DNA from: Gammaproteobacteria bacterium
Lineage (GTDB): Bacteria > Pseudomonadota > Gammaproteobacteria > UBA4575
Reading direction: 5' to 3'
Assembly (NCBI GenBank): GCA_965227695.1
Contig: OZ245760.1
Coordinates: 594,236 to 658,235 of the forward strand
Length of the DNA stretch: 64,000 bases
Positions 38,398 to 48,016 of this stretch are shown piece after piece; the first letter of the stretch is position 1; every line of letters starts with the position of its first letter. The notes beneath the pieces are model-generated. The model saw only the letters and a list, made by a program, of their open reading frames with translations, was not told the DNA's origin and did no database searches. Position numbers and translations under genes: made by a program.

Positions 38398-39219
38398 TTA
38401 TTTTTGTTTGTTGCATTGAATCTGATGGATAGTCACCGGGCTGACATCAATCCTTGCAGCAGTAAGTTCATTACCCCAGATGCAGCCAGTATCGAGCGCT
38501 AGAAGATTACTTTTATTTACCAGCCCAAGTGCAGACCAGTGACCAAAGATAATGTTGATATCTGCAGAATTTCTGGGTAGCTCAAACCAGGCATGTAAAT
38601 GCTTTGGCTGCATCCCTAATGGACCTTTATAGTCAAAATTCATCCGACCCTGCTGATCACACATGCGCAGCCTGGTAAATGCATTGAGTATGATTCGACT
38701 CCTGTCCCTGCCGCGGAGATTTTTATCCCATTTGTCAGGTTGGTTACCGTAGGCATATTTTAAAAAATCAGCATACTGATCTGATCGCAGTTGTTGTTCT
38801 ACCTCGCTGGCACATTCAAGTGCAGTTTTTAAATCCCACTCGGGTAAAAAGCCGGCATGTACCATCACCCAGTTCAGTTCATGGCAAGCATGCAGCAGTG
38901 GTTGTTGACGAAGCCAGAAGACAATGTCTTCGGCCTGCTTACTATTGAGTATCTGATTGAGGGAGCTATTGGGTTTGCAGTTTTTTATGCCCGCATGACA
39001 GGCGATGAGGTGAATGTCATGATTGCCCAGCACGCATTTAACATTCTGTTGGGGTAACGCGCGAATAAATTCAATTGTATCCAGTGATTGCGGTCCACGA
39101 TTAACAAGGTCGCCTACAAACCAGAGTTGGTCCAGCTGGGGGCTGAACTCAATTTCAGATAGTAGCTGCTCGAGTTCGCTAAAGCACCCCTGAAGATCGC
39201 CAATTGCATATATGGCCAT
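38398..39219 (-). CDS. apaH: bis(5'-nucleosyl)-tetraphosphatase, symmetrical
   Basis: 273 aa. Has the metallophosphatase motifs GDLQGC...GDLVNRGP...GNHD. Confidence 0.9.
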   Translation of the reverse strand: MAIYAIGDLQGCFSELEQLLSEIEFSPQLDQLWFVGDLVNRGPQSLDTIEFIRALPQQNVKCVLGNHDIHLIACHAGIKNCKPNSSLNQILNSKQAEDIVFWLRQQPLLHACHELNWVMVHAGFLPEWDLKTALECASEVEQQLRSDQYADFLKYAYGNQPDKWDKNLRGRDRSRIILNAFTRLRMCDQQGRMNFDYKGPLGMQPKHLHAWFELPRNSADINIIFGHWSALGLVNKSNLLALDTGCIWGNELTAARIDVSPVTIHQIQCNKQK

Positions 39220-39243
39220 ATAGCGAGATTAGGGTTTATGCCA

Positions 39244-39627
39244 CTAATGAAGCACGCGGGGAGCAGACAGGGTGAAAAGTTCTATCTCTGCATCAAATTC
39301 AGTACCATCATCAGCCAGCATTTGATAACTTCCATGCATGGTTCCAACAGGCGTCTCCAGCATGGTACCGCTTGTATACTGAAACCCTTCACCTGGTTTC
39401 AAGTGCGGTTGTTCGCCCACCACGCCATCGCCTTTGACCTCCTGGGTTTTGCCGTTCGAATCTGTGATGATCCAGTGCCTTGTCAGTAACTGTGCCGATA
39501 CATCACCATTATTTTGTATAGTGACTGTATAAGCAAAAACGTATCGATCATCATCTGAACTGGATTGCGACTCAAGGTAGGTCGTATCTACGCTGACGGT
39601 AATATTATAAGGGGTTATTTCTTCCAT
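39244..39627 (-). CDS. apaG: ApaG (DUF525) protein
   Basis: 127 aa. ...YVFAYTVTIQN...LLTRHWIITD... is the ApaG pattern. Conserved position between rsmA and apaH. Confidence 0.85.
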   Translation of the reverse strand: MEEITPYNITVSVDTTYLESQSSSDDDRYVFAYTVTIQNNGDVSAQLLTRHWIITDSNGKTQEVKGDGVVGEQPHLKPGEGFQYTSGTMLETPVGTMHGSYQMLADDGTEFDAEIELFTLSAPRVLH

Positions 39628-39684
39628 CTGCTTATTATGCCGTACTTGAAAGAAAATATCTTTGATCCAGGTGGCAAAGTTTTG

Positions 39685-40461
39685 TCAGATTTTGCCCTCT
39701 TGCATGAGCTTTGCCAGATTAATTAAATTATCCAGTGTCAGCTGCTGAGGCCGGCAGGAAGGGTCGATATTGGCTTTGCTAATGACGGATGATTCTAGAA
39801 TATTTTTAAGATTGTTACGCAAGGTTTTTCTTGGTTGAGCAAAACATGCTTTGACTATCCGTCTAAAATGGTTTTCCAATAACGGAGGAACAAGTGGTTG
39901 ATTTCGCGGTGTCAGCCTGATGAAAGCAGAATCAACTTTTGGCGGGGGAGAAAAACATTCCGGGGCAACGTCAATTAACTTTTGGGCCTGGCAACTTGCC
40001 TGAACCATCACCGACAGGCGGCCATAGTTACGTTCGCCGGTAGTGGCGCATATTCTATTGACTACCTCTTTTTGCAGCATAAAGTGCATATCACGAATAT
40101 TGTCAAGATGATCAAGAAGCAGGAAGATGATTGGCGTTGATATATTATAAGGCAGGTTGCCTACAATGCGCCTTGGGGTGCGGGTATCTGAGAAGTCAAA
40201 TTTCAGTACATCCAAAGCGTGAATCGTTAGCTTATTCGCCTGTTTATCAAGAATCTGCAGATGCCGGATTAAATCTCTATCCAGCTCTATCACTTCCATA
40301 TGCTCGACAATATCCAGAATTGGTCTGGTTAATGCACCGGTTCCAGGGCCGATTTCCAGTATATTATCTGATGGCAACGGGGAGATCGCCCGGACCAGGG
40401 ATTGGATAATATCCGCATCCTCTAAAAAGTGCTGGCCAAATCGTTTACGTGCGCGGTGCAT
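39685..40461 (-). CDS. rsmA: 16S rRNA (adenine1518/1519-N6)-dimethyltransferase
   Basis: 258 aa. Has the SAM-binding motif LEIGPGTGALT, and the NLPYNISTPI motif is typical of KsgA. Confidence 0.9.
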   Translation of the reverse strand: MHRARKRFGQHFLEDADIIQSLVRAISPLPSDNILEIGPGTGALTRPILDIVEHMEVIELDRDLIRHLQILDKQANKLTIHALDVLKFDFSDTRTPRRIVGNLPYNISTPIIFLLLDHLDNIRDMHFMLQKEVVNRICATTGERNYGRLSVMVQASCQAQKLIDVAPECFSPPPKVDSAFIRLTPRNQPLVPPLLENHFRRIVKACFAQPRKTLRNNLKNILESSVISKANIDPSCRPQQLTLDNLINLAKLMQEGKI

Positions 40462-40722
40462 GGGGGTTATTCAGTAGTAGCTAAAGTCACTGTGGTCCGG
40501 ATTGTAACTCGTGATTGAGAAATAATAATCCGGCCATTATATGGCGAGACCATCATTGATGTGCATAATGTCAATTGGACATTGGTTCAGGACGTGTGAA
40601 ATAACCGTTTATGCCAACAGAGCACTCCGGGGCCGACAAAATTTGATTTAACCAGGGCAATCCTGTGGAGCTCCGCCCTTGTATAAAATTTAACAGGGCC
40701 AAGAAAACATACCCCGGCTTTT

Positions 40723-41244
40723 TCACATCCGGTCTTCGCTATTCGAAGCAAGCGTGGATGACATGCTGTCACCACTGACGGGGATTGCATAAGTTCCGAT
40801 TAGGGTGTATTCGGGACTGTCCTCTATCTTTGTTAGCGCAAGTGTGATCACCAGCCGGGGATGATACAACAGCAACATCTCATGAGGTTTCAGTGACTCT
40901 GAAGTGGTTGAGTCGGTAATTAGCGCAAGGTCGATACCGAGTCCATTAGAAATCTGGACCGAGAGTTCCCGCAGTACGGTAAGCGGAGTCGCATTATCGC
41001 TGATTGTTAACTTTCCAAGGTAGGTGATGCCCACTGCCTCAGTATTTTTCAGATTTTCAATGGAGCGCAGCTTTTCCTTGAGTGGACGGATTGTGAGTGT
41101 TGCCTGCTGTTGATTTAATAGCTGAAACTCCGAAGTCGAACTCAGCGTTATTGATCTTGCGTCCAATGCGCTGCTTTCTGCTGACACGCCAGTTATTGGC
41201 AGACAGAGTAAGGTGATCACGAGTAAAAACGCAGGCTTTGACAT
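40723..41244 (-). CDS. hypothetical secreted protein (signal peptide; Ser/Thr/Leu-rich)
   Basis: The ATG at 41244 lies one nt after the stop of the upstream PNPOx-like gene (TGAtATG). The N-terminus MSKPAFLLVITLLCLPITGVSA-ESS is a signal peptide. An alternative ATG at 41268 is possible. No family recognised. Confidence 0.4.
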   Translation of the reverse strand: MSKPAFLLVITLLCLPITGVSAESSALDARSITLSSTSEFQLLNQQQATLTIRPLKEKLRSIENLKNTEAVGITYLGKLTISDNATPLTVLRELSVQISNGLGIDLALITDSTTSESLKPHEMLLLYHPRLVITLALTKIEDSPEYTLIGTYAIPVSGDSMSSTLASNSEDRM

Positions 41245-41245
41245 A

Positions 41246-41629
41246 TCAAAATACTTTTTCAGCGCCATAATAGATAGACTCAATGTTAAGAACGACTGCT
41301 CCGATACCGGCAAACTTGGGGTCCAGCCACGCTTTCATATCCTGATATATTTCGCCTTCGGTATGGTATTCCAGACTACCCTTGATCTGGTAGGCTTCTC
41401 TTTCAGGCGCGATCATTAATAATGCTCCACGGCTTTGAGACTTGATGTTATTGAGTGTTTTGTGGAAAAAATTATTGGCTATCAGTATTCTTCTTTCATC
41501 CAGCATCTTGACGCATAGTACCCAAACTGAATTTGGCTCGCCTTTCGGACTCACCGTTGTGAGAATCATGCGTGGTTCTTTATTGTTCCATGCATCCAGG
41601 AAAGCCTGTGGTAATGTACTCATTATCAT
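41246..41629 (-). CDS. pyridoxamine 5'-phosphate oxidase-like FMN-binding split-barrel protein
   Basis: 127 aa. ...RMILTTVSPKGEPNSVWV...LIANNFFHKTLNNI... matches the PNPOx-like small family. Confidence 0.55.
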   Translation of the reverse strand: MIMSTLPQAFLDAWNNKEPRMILTTVSPKGEPNSVWVLCVKMLDERRILIANNFFHKTLNNIKSQSRGALLMIAPEREAYQIKGSLEYHTEGEIYQDMKAWLDPKFAGIGAVVLNIESIYYGAEKVF

Positions 41630-41633
41630 GTCC

Positions 41634-42215
41634 TTAATTTTCTATTGTTCGGGAAACCGAAAAAGCGCCGCGAATTTCACCTGTCTGATAACCGGTGGCG
41701 AGATCATTTGGGTATAATTTTTCCAGTCTTCCCAATAACACGGGGTCCATGTTATTTTCATCGCCATGACAGGCCAAGCATAAACCCTGCACGGGGATTG
41801 CGCGCATCATTCTCAGGGTGGTGCCGCTCTCTGATTTGAAAGATTCCATATGAGACAATTCAGAGGCCGGGGTCCCTTTTGCAAGTTTATCCTCGAATGA
41901 CTCTAGCACCTGTCGTTCCCAGGCGTCAGGTATATTGTTCGGATTGCGCAGTTTTAAGCTTGTACGTTTGATTGAAATATCATCACTGGCATTAAGGTCA
42001 TGCGTGATTTGAGGTGCTTTCAACTGGCATATTTCAACCGCGGCGACTGGACCGCCGGATTGCATGGCGGCACCAAGCTCCTGTTTTAGACTGCTGGCCA
42101 GAGTCTTGATCTTTACGGTGGCGTCCTGGCGGAATGTTTCAATGGCCTGTTGTGTATCTTGTGCACAAGCGACCAACGCAGTGAAAAATGTCAATAATAA
42201 AACGAGTACTTTCAT
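41634..42215 (-). CDS. periplasmic DUF3365 / Tll0287-like domain protein with a c-type heme-binding motif
   Basis: 193 aa. Has a signal peptide (MKVLVLLLTFFTALVACA-QD) and a single CLACHG (CxxCH) motif. Its size and layout are consistent with Tll0287-like PAS-fold heme proteins. Confidence 0.5.
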   Translation of the reverse strand: MKVLVLLLTFFTALVACAQDTQQAIETFRQDATVKIKTLASSLKQELGAAMQSGGPVAAVEICQLKAPQITHDLNASDDISIKRTSLKLRNPNNIPDAWERQVLESFEDKLAKGTPASELSHMESFKSESGTTLRMMRAIPVQGLCLACHGDENNMDPVLLGRLEKLYPNDLATGYQTGEIRGAFSVSRTIEN

Positions 42216-42224
42216 GGTATTGCT

Positions 42225-43190
42225 CTAAACATGTCGGGTTGAAGTTAGTTGCTCTCTGGCCAGCATGATAGCGGATATTAAACTTCCTGCGTCTGTTTTT
42301 CCGCTGCCGGCGAGATCGAGCGCGGTACCGTGATCAACAGATGTGCGTATGAAGGGTAATCCCAGTGTTGTGTTAACCGCGTTTCCAAACCCTATATGCT
42401 TCAGGGTTGGCAGTCCCTGGTCATGGTACATGGCTAAAACCACATCCACAGATTGTAACTGCTTTGGTGTGAAAATTGTATCTGCCGGATATGGGCCTGA
42501 GACGTTGATGCCATTGCTTTTTAACTGTGTCAGGGTGGGTATTATTATCTCTATCTCTTCACGCCCGAGATGACCCTGTTCGCCAGCGTGCGGGTTCAGG
42601 CCGCATACACCAATCCTGGGATCTTGAATGCCGAATTTATTTTTAAGATCAGTATGCAGGATGCGGATGACTTGTAATAACAATTGCGGAGTTATGCTGG
42701 ATGGCACATCGGATAATGGCAGGTGCGTGGTCGCCAGTGCAACCCTGACATGATCTGCGACCAGCATCATGACAACGTCTGATCTGGCCTCCTTTGCAAG
42801 ATATTCAGTATGTCCGGTAAAGGCGATACCTGCGTCGTTAATTACTCCCTTGTGCAATGGGGCAGTAACGATCGCGGAATATTCCCGTTGCCGAACCCCA
42901 CGCAATGCTTCATCGAGACAGCTCAAAACATAGGTGGCATTGGCAGGCTGGAGTTGTCCGCATTCTACGGGTTTGTTAACTGGGATATGTTTCACACGCA
43001 CTTGATTGTTCTGTGCTGGCTGGTCTTCACAAATATCAATATTAATTTCTAATATTGCAGCACGGCGAGCCAGCTCGTGTTTATCTGCAATCACAATGCA
43101 ATCATTGAGCTGATCGAGAGACTGCAAAATAATATCAAAACCGATACCTGCTGGTTCTCCGGCGGTAATGGCGAGAGGAGCTGTACTCAT
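42225..43190 (-). CDS. pdxA: 4-hydroxythreonine-4-phosphate dehydrogenase
   Basis: 321 aa. PLAITAGEPAGIG...GLNPHAGE...HGTALD are PdxA motifs. Follows surA as in E. coli. Confidence 0.9.
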   Translation of the reverse strand: MSTAPLAITAGEPAGIGFDIILQSLDQLNDCIVIADKHELARRAAILEINIDICEDQPAQNNQVRVKHIPVNKPVECGQLQPANATYVLSCLDEALRGVRQREYSAIVTAPLHKGVINDAGIAFTGHTEYLAKEARSDVVMMLVADHVRVALATTHLPLSDVPSSITPQLLLQVIRILHTDLKNKFGIQDPRIGVCGLNPHAGEQGHLGREEIEIIIPTLTQLKSNGINVSGPYPADTIFTPKQLQSVDVVLAMYHDQGLPTLKHIGFGNAVNTTLGLPFIRTSVDHGTALDLAGSGKTDAGSLISAIMLAREQLTSTRHV

Positions 43191-43218
43191 TTGTCACTGG
43201 CCAACGTGCTTGAATTAA

Positions 43219-44544
43219 TCAGTTTCCGTAGACAAGTCTGTTTTCAACATAGCTTTCATCACGTAATTGGCGCAGCCATAATTCCTTTTCTTCGCTGATT
43301 TTTCTTTGGCGGATAAACTCACGAGCCTGGTTTCGGCGTGCTTCTTCAGAGTTGTCATGTTTTCTTTTGTCTAATACCTGCATGATATGCCAGCCAAAAC
43401 GGCTTTTAAATGGTTCACTGATTTCCTGAACAGGTATACTTTCAGCAACTTCACGAAAGGCTGGCGCAAATACATTGGGAGCCAGCCATCCCAGTTCTCC
43501 GCCTTTTGAAGCGCTGCCAGGATCTTCAGAGTGCGCACGCGCCAGTTCAGAGAAGTCTTCGCCGTTGATGATGCGTGAGCGAAGTGCCCGCAAATCTCTT
43601 TGTACCTCCTTATCGCCGCGCACTGCATTGGTCTTAATTAAGATATGTCGTGCCAGGACCTGTTCTACCATGACACGATCCTGCCCACGCATGTCAAGAA
43701 TGCGAAAAATATGGAATCCGCTATTGCTGCGCAGAGGCTTGCTAATATCGCCTGGTCCCATGTTGTTTAATTGGCGGGAAAACACTCCAGGTAACTGATC
43801 TTTGTTGCGCCAGCCGAGATCGCCACCCTCGAGGGCATCTTGTGCCTGGGAGTGCGCTATTGCCAGCTGTGTGAAGCTCTCATTTCCCTGAGTGGCGCGT
43901 TGATGCAAGGCGTCGATTTCGTTGCGGCCTTTTTCGATATCCTGCGGCGTTGGGTCCTGCGGCAGTTGTATGAGGATATGGGCGATACGATATTCTGTGT
44001 TTGCATTTAATTCGTCTGCCTGATTAGCCAGCAGGTCCTCTACTTCCTTGGGAGAGACTTGTACATTCGACTCCACGGCCCTGCGCTGAACTTGCGCGAT
44101 AGTCATTTCAGTTCTTACCTGATTGCGAAATGCTACGTAGTCTATGCCTTGCTGAAGCAGTGCGCTTCGAAACTCGTCGAGACTTAAGCGATTGCGCTCG
44201 GCAAGATTTCGCATTGCCTGATCAAGGGAAATATCATCGATAGTGATTCCCCTGCGTTCTCCCCAGGCGACCTGTAGCTTTTCAATGATAATACGCTGTA
44301 ACACCTGCTCTGCCAGAGTTGCCTCGTCAGGCAGACTGGCCTGATCGCCCGCCTGGGCCTTGATGACATTAATGCGTTCCAGTAACTCGCTTTCTGTGAT
44401 GACATCATTCTCAACCACCGCAACAATGCGATCAACCAGCAGGCTCGATTGCGCCTGGTTAATGAATGTCAGCGACGTGTAACAAATGCAGACAATGAAT
44501 ATTAGTAAACTAGTATTTGAATGTGTTGCGATCTTCATAACCAC
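43219..44544 (-). CDS. surA: periplasmic chaperone / peptidyl-prolyl isomerase SurA
   Basis: 441 aa. A signal peptide and N-terminal chaperone domain are followed by two parvulin domains (GGDLGW..., GGELGW...). The start may be 6 nt downstream, at MKIA. Confidence 0.9.
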   Translation of the reverse strand: MVMKIATHSNTSLLIFIVCICYTSLTFINQAQSSLLVDRIVAVVENDVITESELLERINVIKAQAGDQASLPDEATLAEQVLQRIIIEKLQVAWGERRGITIDDISLDQAMRNLAERNRLSLDEFRSALLQQGIDYVAFRNQVRTEMTIAQVQRRAVESNVQVSPKEVEDLLANQADELNANTEYRIAHILIQLPQDPTPQDIEKGRNEIDALHQRATQGNESFTQLAIAHSQAQDALEGGDLGWRNKDQLPGVFSRQLNNMGPGDISKPLRSNSGFHIFRILDMRGQDRVMVEQVLARHILIKTNAVRGDKEVQRDLRALRSRIINGEDFSELARAHSEDPGSASKGGELGWLAPNVFAPAFREVAESIPVQEISEPFKSRFGWHIMQVLDKRKHDNSEEARRNQAREFIRQRKISEEKELWLRQLRDESYVENRLVYGN

Positions 44545-46666
44545 GAATATTGCGTTGTAATTGTTCTGTTAGCGGTGAACCCAGAGAAGTTAACCCTTTG
44601 AGTGTTAACTGTATTTCAATACTATTGTTGTAATCCCCTTCACTGTCATTGGTGAAGCGGCGTGCCGCGAAGCTCAGTTTCCAGCAGCATGTGTCGTATT
44701 CTAGCCCGCCAAGCAAGTCCAGGTCACGACTGTCTTTTAAATCATAATTCCAGCGGCCGACTGCTCTCCACTGCTGATTTATCGGATATATGAACGAGAT
44801 ATCCGACTGTGAGAAATCATTTCGTCGAAACCTATGGCCAATATTAAATATAAAGTTATTACTACTACGATATTGCAGGCGGGCATTAGTTCGATTGAAT
44901 TCATCTTCCTGCGGATCCCATAAAGCCGCGCCGATAGCATGCCATCGATCTGTCAGGCCAATGCGTAATTCACCAGCAATGTTGGATGACTGATCATCGT
45001 CATCGCCACTATTATTCAGCGACACTTTACGGTCTTCGAAATAATAAATCTGTCCAATGCTTGCACGTGCAATCTCATCGCCATTATTCTGATTGATTAA
45101 ACGGCTGGTGATTGCTGCCGTCAGCTGGTTGGCATCTGACACTCTGTCGGCACTGGTAAAGCGATCAGTTCGGAATAACTGGGCAAAACTGAACTCATAT
45201 TCCCCGGTGTCAAATAATGGAATATCCGTGTGGTTTCTCTCCGGTGTATATAAATAGAATAATCGTGGCTCGAGGGTGTGTCTAAATCGACTGGACAAAG
45301 CCTCGCGTTCAAATATGAGTCCGCTATCGACGGAGAAACTTGGCAATGTTCTGCTGGGATCATTATTATTATCTGAACTGGATAAGTCGTATGAAGTATG
45401 CATAAGCCGCATCGAGGGAGTAATAAAATATCCCGGCGCGATCCAGGGGCGAGATATCTCGCCAAATAAATGTAAACGATTACCATCAATTCGGTCGTCA
45501 TGCTCAAAAGCAACCCACTCACTTTCTGAATTGAATTCCAGGCCAAGTGGTAAATTACTGAATGAATTATTGATGAGGATCTGGGGCAATCTCTTAAATG
45601 GGTCATTAACGGGTAAGCTCTCGTCGTCCACTATTTGAAATTGCTGGGCGCGAAACAGCGCATTCCAGTGGCCACCGAAATGTCTGTTTGCATATCGCAG
45701 GTCTCCCCTTCGTTCCAGTCTTCGGGTGCTTGAGACACCAATAGAGTCGCCCAGGTCTTCAAAGTAGTCGTCATCAGATGCATTGTTATAAATCAAATCC
45801 CCATAAAAGTGGTCAGTAAAACTGTGTTCATGTGCAATTGAGACAAGATATCTGTCATCATCAAACTCACGATCATCAAGGAACTGAAAGTTGACTTCAC
45901 CGCGATTTGTATCATTAAGATAGCGCCCATTAGCTCCCAGCAGGACGCCGCGTTTGTCGAGGTAGCGTGGAACAAACAGGGCATCCCGATGTGGTGCAAT
46001 ATTCCAGTAAAAAGGTGTTTCCAGATCGATGCCGGAACTGCTGCTGCGGCCAAAAACGGGTGCGAGAAAACCGGTTTTTCTCTCGTTGTTAATTGGGAAG
46101 CTCATCCAGGGTGAGTAGAAGAATGGCACGCCTTTGAATTTGGCTGTGACATTACGGGCGGTGCCGACGCCCTTTTTTCTGTCGAGAGTGGCTTTACTGG
46201 CTTTGAGTTCCCAGTCTCTGTCTTCAAAGTCACAGGTCGAATATGTCGTTTTATCCAGTTTGACGACGTCCTGGGATACCCGCTCTACCTGGTCCGCCGT
46301 GCCGCTACCATGGGATGGGTGGTACCAGTAACGCACATTTTCAGCTTTGGCGGTTTCATCTTCTGTCCAGTAGTCAACACGCTCGGCGGTAATATCAAGA
46401 TCCGGGTCGCGCAGAAGTACATTACCTGTTGCAATGGCTTTTTTGTCTTTCTCTGAGTACTGTACGCGATCTGCATGCACGTCCTGGTCAATTCGAAAAA
46501 GATGAACACGCTGGCTATCATTGCGCGGGTCTTCGGCTGTTGAAGGATCATTGCCAGGTTCATACTGGCTGGGTTGCCTTGTGCATTGGCGCCATTGCGA
46601 ATCATCCGCAAGCAGGCTGGTGCTTAGGACGCATATCAGGATAATAATGTGTGCGCGCAGGTGCAT
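44510..46666 (-). CDS. lptD: LPS-assembly outer membrane protein LptD
   Basis: 718 aa with a signal peptide. Has an N-terminal OstA-like domain and a large C-terminal beta-barrel rich in aromatic/Asx residues. Sits upstream of surA as in E. coli. Confidence 0.85.
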   Translation of the reverse strand: MHLRAHIIILICVLSTSLLADDSQWRQCTRQPSQYEPGNDPSTAEDPRNDSQRVHLFRIDQDVHADRVQYSEKDKKAIATGNVLLRDPDLDITAERVDYWTEDETAKAENVRYWYHPSHGSGTADQVERVSQDVVKLDKTTYSTCDFEDRDWELKASKATLDRKKGVGTARNVTAKFKGVPFFYSPWMSFPINNERKTGFLAPVFGRSSSSGIDLETPFYWNIAPHRDALFVPRYLDKRGVLLGANGRYLNDTNRGEVNFQFLDDREFDDDRYLVSIAHEHSFTDHFYGDLIYNNASDDDYFEDLGDSIGVSSTRRLERRGDLRYANRHFGGHWNALFRAQQFQIVDDESLPVNDPFKRLPQILINNSFSNLPLGLEFNSESEWVAFEHDDRIDGNRLHLFGEISRPWIAPGYFITPSMRLMHTSYDLSSSDNNNDPSRTLPSFSVDSGLIFEREALSSRFRHTLEPRLFYLYTPERNHTDIPLFDTGEYEFSFAQLFRTDRFTSADRVSDANQLTAAITSRLINQNNGDEIARASIGQIYYFEDRKVSLNNSGDDDDQSSNIAGELRIGLTDRWHAIGAALWDPQEDEFNRTNARLQYRSSNNFIFNIGHRFRRNDFSQSDISFIYPINQQWRAVGRWNYDLKDSRDLDLLGGLEYDTCCWKLSFAARRFTNDSEGDYNNSIEIQLTLKGLTSLGSPLTEQLQRNIRGYEDRNTFKY

Positions 46667-46811
46667 GGAGTCCGTGTGGTTTTTATCGTGATAAATAATA
46701 GAGAGTGACTTGTGCGGTTTGATGAATACAAATGTGATTTTTAGGTGTTTAAATCGTCAAAATAAGCCCAAAAAGTGAACAAAAAGTACGCATAAGGACC
46801 ATAACAGATTA

Positions 46812-48008
46812 ATGAACATAATTATAAAGCATAAACAGCAGAAAGGTGCTGTTTTGCCAGTTGTGGGCGCGATTACCCTCATTACGGTGGTCGCCATAAT
46901 ATTGGTCTGGTTGTTAGTATGGACCAAACCCCAGCCGCAGGCCACATTGGCCCCGTTACCGCCGGTCAAGGTGGCTGTCACTGAAGTGGATAAACGATCA
47001 GTGCAGCCTATGGAGGCACAGACCGGCCGTTTACAGCCGATTAAAACGGCTCAACTGGGTTTTGAGGTGGCAGGAAAAGTGACCCGGCGACAGGTTGAAC
47101 CAGGTATCAAGGTAGACCAAGATAGCGTCCTGATGCAGCTGGAATCATCCGATTACCGGAATCAATTTGAACAAATCACGGCGGAGCTTGAGATCGAGCA
47201 GGAAAGTGTGGCTCGCGACAAAAAACTGCTTCAGTACGCACGCAACAATCTCGATCTGCAACAACAGGAGGTGCAGCGCCTGCAAGGTCTGGTAACGCGC
47301 AATCTCATTGCACAATCACAACTGGATAGCGTGCGCCAGCGCGTTTATGATCTGCAATCTGAAGTAGCGCGACTTGAATTTACCGTAGCTACCAGTCATG
47401 CCCGCTTAAAGATGAAAAAAGCCCAGCATGATATTGCCCAGCGTAATCTCTCCCGCACAACTTTGTATGCTGCTTTTGAAGGTGTAGTGAATGAAGTATT
47501 TGTTAATGTCGGTGATTATGTTAATGCAAATGAAGTTGCGCTGACGCTGGTTGATGCGAGTGAATATGATGTGCAGCTGGATGTGCGCGGAGAAATAATC
47601 AGGCAATTACACCTGGGCCAATTAGTAGAGGTAGCCATTGGAGAACATAAATCAATGGGTAAAATTGTCGCACTCCAGCCTGATCCGGATATAAATACAA
47701 ATACCCACGGCGTAAGAGTAAGGGTATCAAGGGAAAATTGGCAGTCCGGAATGCTGGCAACTGTATACCTTCCGTTATCAGAACTTGAACAATCCCTGAT
47801 GATTCCTGTCGCCTCGGTACTGAATCAATATGGCAAGTCTTATGTTTTTATAGTTAATAACAATAACCTGGTTGAAAAAAAACCGGTAAAACTCGGACGC
47901 AGGATTGATAATCAGATTGTTGTACGTCAGGGCGTGGTTGCAAGCCAGTTAATCGTTGCACGCGATGTGAGTTCTCTTGCTGATCAACAGCAAGTCACCA
48001 TTGAATAG
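46812..48008 (+). CDS. efflux RND periplasmic adaptor (membrane fusion protein, HlyD family)
   Basis: 398 aa. Has an N-terminal TM anchor, a long coiled-coil hairpin (QLESSDYRNQFEQITAELEIEQESVARDKKLL...), and lipoyl/beta-barrel domains. Sits directly upstream of the RND pump. Confidence 0.8.
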   Translation: MNIIIKHKQQKGAVLPVVGAITLITVVAIILVWLLVWTKPQPQATLAPLPPVKVAVTEVDKRSVQPMEAQTGRLQPIKTAQLGFEVAGKVTRRQVEPGIKVDQDSVLMQLESSDYRNQFEQITAELEIEQESVARDKKLLQYARNNLDLQQQEVQRLQGLVTRNLIAQSQLDSVRQRVYDLQSEVARLEFTVATSHARLKMKKAQHDIAQRNLSRTTLYAAFEGVVNEVFVNVGDYVNANEVALTLVDASEYDVQLDVRGEIIRQLHLGQLVEVAIGEHKSMGKIVALQPDPDINTNTHGVRVRVSRENWQSGMLATVYLPLSELEQSLMIPVASVLNQYGKSYVFIVNNNNLVEKKPVKLGRRIDNQIVVRQGVVASQLIVARDVSSLADQQQVTIE

Positions 48009-48016
48009 ACATTACT

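Noticed and set aside
40587-40790. 67-aa minus-strand ORF in the rsmA upstream gap
   Set aside because: It overlaps the 3' end of the secreted-protein gene, has no RBS, and its Cys/Arg-rich composition looks random. The 261-bp gap more likely holds the rsmA promoter.
45121-46611. ORFs antisense to or in other frames within lptD (for example 45121-45606, 45276-45638, 46285-46611)
   Set aside because: They are embedded in the 718-aa lptD reading frame, which has a signal peptide and conserved context. No independent support.
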